A model generated the notes under the pieces. The model ran no database searches, had not been told where the DNA came from, and saw only the letters and a list, made by a program, of their open reading frames with translations. A stretch of 64,000 bases of DNA, taken from contig CAVYYI010000003.1 of the NCBI GenBank assembly GCA_963772725.1, positions 512,001 to 576,000 on the forward strand, given 5' to 3'. Position numbers and translations under genes: made by a program. This DNA is from an uncultured Phycisphaerales bacterium (GTDB taxonomy: Bacteria; Planctomycetota; Phycisphaerae; Sedimentisphaerales; Anaerobacaceae). Shown here piece after piece: positions 62,699 through 64,000 of the stretch. Numbering within the stretch: position 1 is the first letter of the stretch; every line of letters starts with the position of its first letter.

Positions 62699-64000
62699 TT
62701 ACTTATTTTTAATTTCGCTTACAGCCAGCGGCTTACCATCCATATTATTTGGAACATCGACTCCGAACATATCAAGTACGGTCGGGCCTATATCCATCAG
62801 CCGCGGGTTATCATTCTCAACCGGCCTGCTGCAGAAAAATACTCCCGGCACAAGGGAATGGTCGATACAATGGTCGCCGCTCCAGGCTTTTGTATTGTCA
62901 TGAAAAATCGCATCCGTTACCTGACCAACCGCCGTTTCCCACGATGCCCTATAACCGCGATTATAACCGATTATCAAATCCGGCGCCTCCTCTTTATACG
63001 GGCCATTATAAACTTTCATCGCGTTATACACCTGCTTGATCGCTGACTGGTTGGCGCCGCCGTCGATAAGTTTCGATAATTTACCGGCTATTTCCTCGCG
63101 AAGTTTCCCCGCCTCATCGCTGGGGTCAACAATACCCTGGGATTCCCTGCCTTTAAGGTTAAGAAAAATTCCCGCCAATCCAATCGCAAAAGCACGGGTC
63201 TGTGACCAGTCAATAGCCTCAAGATATTTTTTGTCCCGCAGTCCCGGCTTTATTTTAAGATACCCGTTTTCCTCAAGCCAGCGGTTCAAATCCACTCCCC
63301 GCCTAAATGTGCTGAAACCATGGTCAGAAATAATCATCAGCACCATATCTTTGCCCCTGCACTTTTCTACTGTTTTACCCACAAGGATATCCATTCTCTT
63401 ATATAGGTCTTCAACGGCATTTTGTTCTTTGGAACGGATTCGTTCTTTTCTGGCTGGATGCTCGCTGTCGATATCGCGCCAGAAAGTATGCTGGATTCTG
63501 TCCGTGCCGTCGAAAACGCACACGCACAGCCCCTGCCTTACCTTGTCGAGCGAATCGAAAAACATTTTCTCACGCTCCTGGTCCATATTTATGCACTGCT
63601 GGATGAAACCGTCGTCAACGAGAACTTTTTCATTAAGCGCCCAACTGTCCTCGGCAAGGCCCAGCGTAGCGAAAGGCCCCTGCCTTTTGGCAAGATATAT
63701 CGAATAAACCGGCGGCTGTGAAATGGGCATCGCCGGTTTTTCAGGGTCGATGTTAATCGGGGTAACATAAAGTTCAAAATCAGGCTCTGTGCTTAGCAAC
63801 AGAAATTTGCAGATGCCATGTACTTTAACGCCTGCGCCGGCCTTGAACGCGATTTTTATCCATTGCGAATACTGACCTTTTTTAAGATTGAACATCTGCC
63901 CGTCGAATTTAATATCCGCCGAATCGCTGCCCCTTATAGTAATAGTAAAAGGCAGCTTTAAAACGCTGTTGTCTTTGAGCAATGGGTTTTCAGAACCGAT
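62699..64000 (-). CDS. Alkaline phosphatase superfamily (NPP/phosphodiesterase) protein, paralog (N-terminus beyond window)
   Basis: TDRIQHTFW, ISDHGF, APDLIIGYNRGYRASW, WSGDHC. Confidence 0.9.
   Translation of the reverse strand: MGSENPLLKDNSVLKLPFTITIRGSDSADIKFDGQMFNLKKGQYSQWIKIAFKAGAGVKVHGICKFLLLSTEPDFELYVTPINIDPEKPAMPISQPPVYSIYLAKRQGPFATLGLAEDSWALNEKVLVDDGFIQQCINMDQEREKMFFDSLDKVRQGLCVCVFDGTDRIQHTFWRDIDSEHPARKERIRSKEQNAVEDLYKRMDILVGKTVEKCRGKDMVLMIISDHGFSTFRRGVDLNRWLEENGYLKIKPGLRDKKYLEAIDWSQTRAFAIGLAGIFLNLKGRESQGIVDPSDEAGKLREEIAGKLSKLIDGGANQSAIKQVYNAMKVYNGPYKEEAPDLIIGYNRGYRASWETAVGQVTDAIFHDNTKAWSGDHCIDHSLVPGVFFCSRPVENDNPRLMDIGPTVLDMFGVDVPNNMDGKPLAVSEIKNK

Noticed and set aside
390..63777. 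Many short antisense or overlapping ORFs in the track (e.g. 1251-1715, 20934-21587, 46777-47922, 62059-62712)
   Set aside because: They are shadow frames of well-supported genes and show no motifs of their own.

Overview
Bacterial chromosomal window, most likely a Planctomycetota (Phycisphaerae-like) genome. This is inferred from the TPR + double RNAP alpha-CTD gene, an OmcB-like DUF11 protein, DUF1573 and PEP-CTERM proteins, and tRNA genes lacking an encoded CCA. Many single-base indels split otherwise intact genes, which looks like unpolished long-read error rather than pseudogenisation. Core content: an orphan dnaA, spoIID-tgt-yajC-secDF-LysM, ispD, a Tat-exported TIM-barrel/DUF1080/Gfo-Idh-MocA sugar cluster, aqpZ, mscL, an OmcB-like gene, rhaM with an SSS symporter, PIN/TRAM, an IS5 element, tRNA-Ala(CGC), tRNA-Val(TAC), a full nuoA-N operon with fused nuoCD, GH15 and an AlkP/NPP operon. 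Main leads: (1) a four-gene exported module of TPR protein, Cys-repeat protein with an AT-richer C-terminal half, a secreted partner and a DsbA-DUF1573 lipoprotein; (2) an AlkP operon with an RHH-LGY mini-protein and a bacterial DUF106/EMC3/TMCO1-like membrane protein; (3) a decayed 4.7 kb island at tRNA-Val with att repeats and an integrase tail reading into the tRNA; (4) an unannotated 53-aa CCCH zinc-finger ORF beside a candidate CU-rich sRNA or attenuator; (5) promoter-bearing 66-bp direct repeats flanking membrane-protein genes; (6) an 81-bp iteron-like array and dispersed 7-bp-period repeats. All family calls are by eye, with no database searches.
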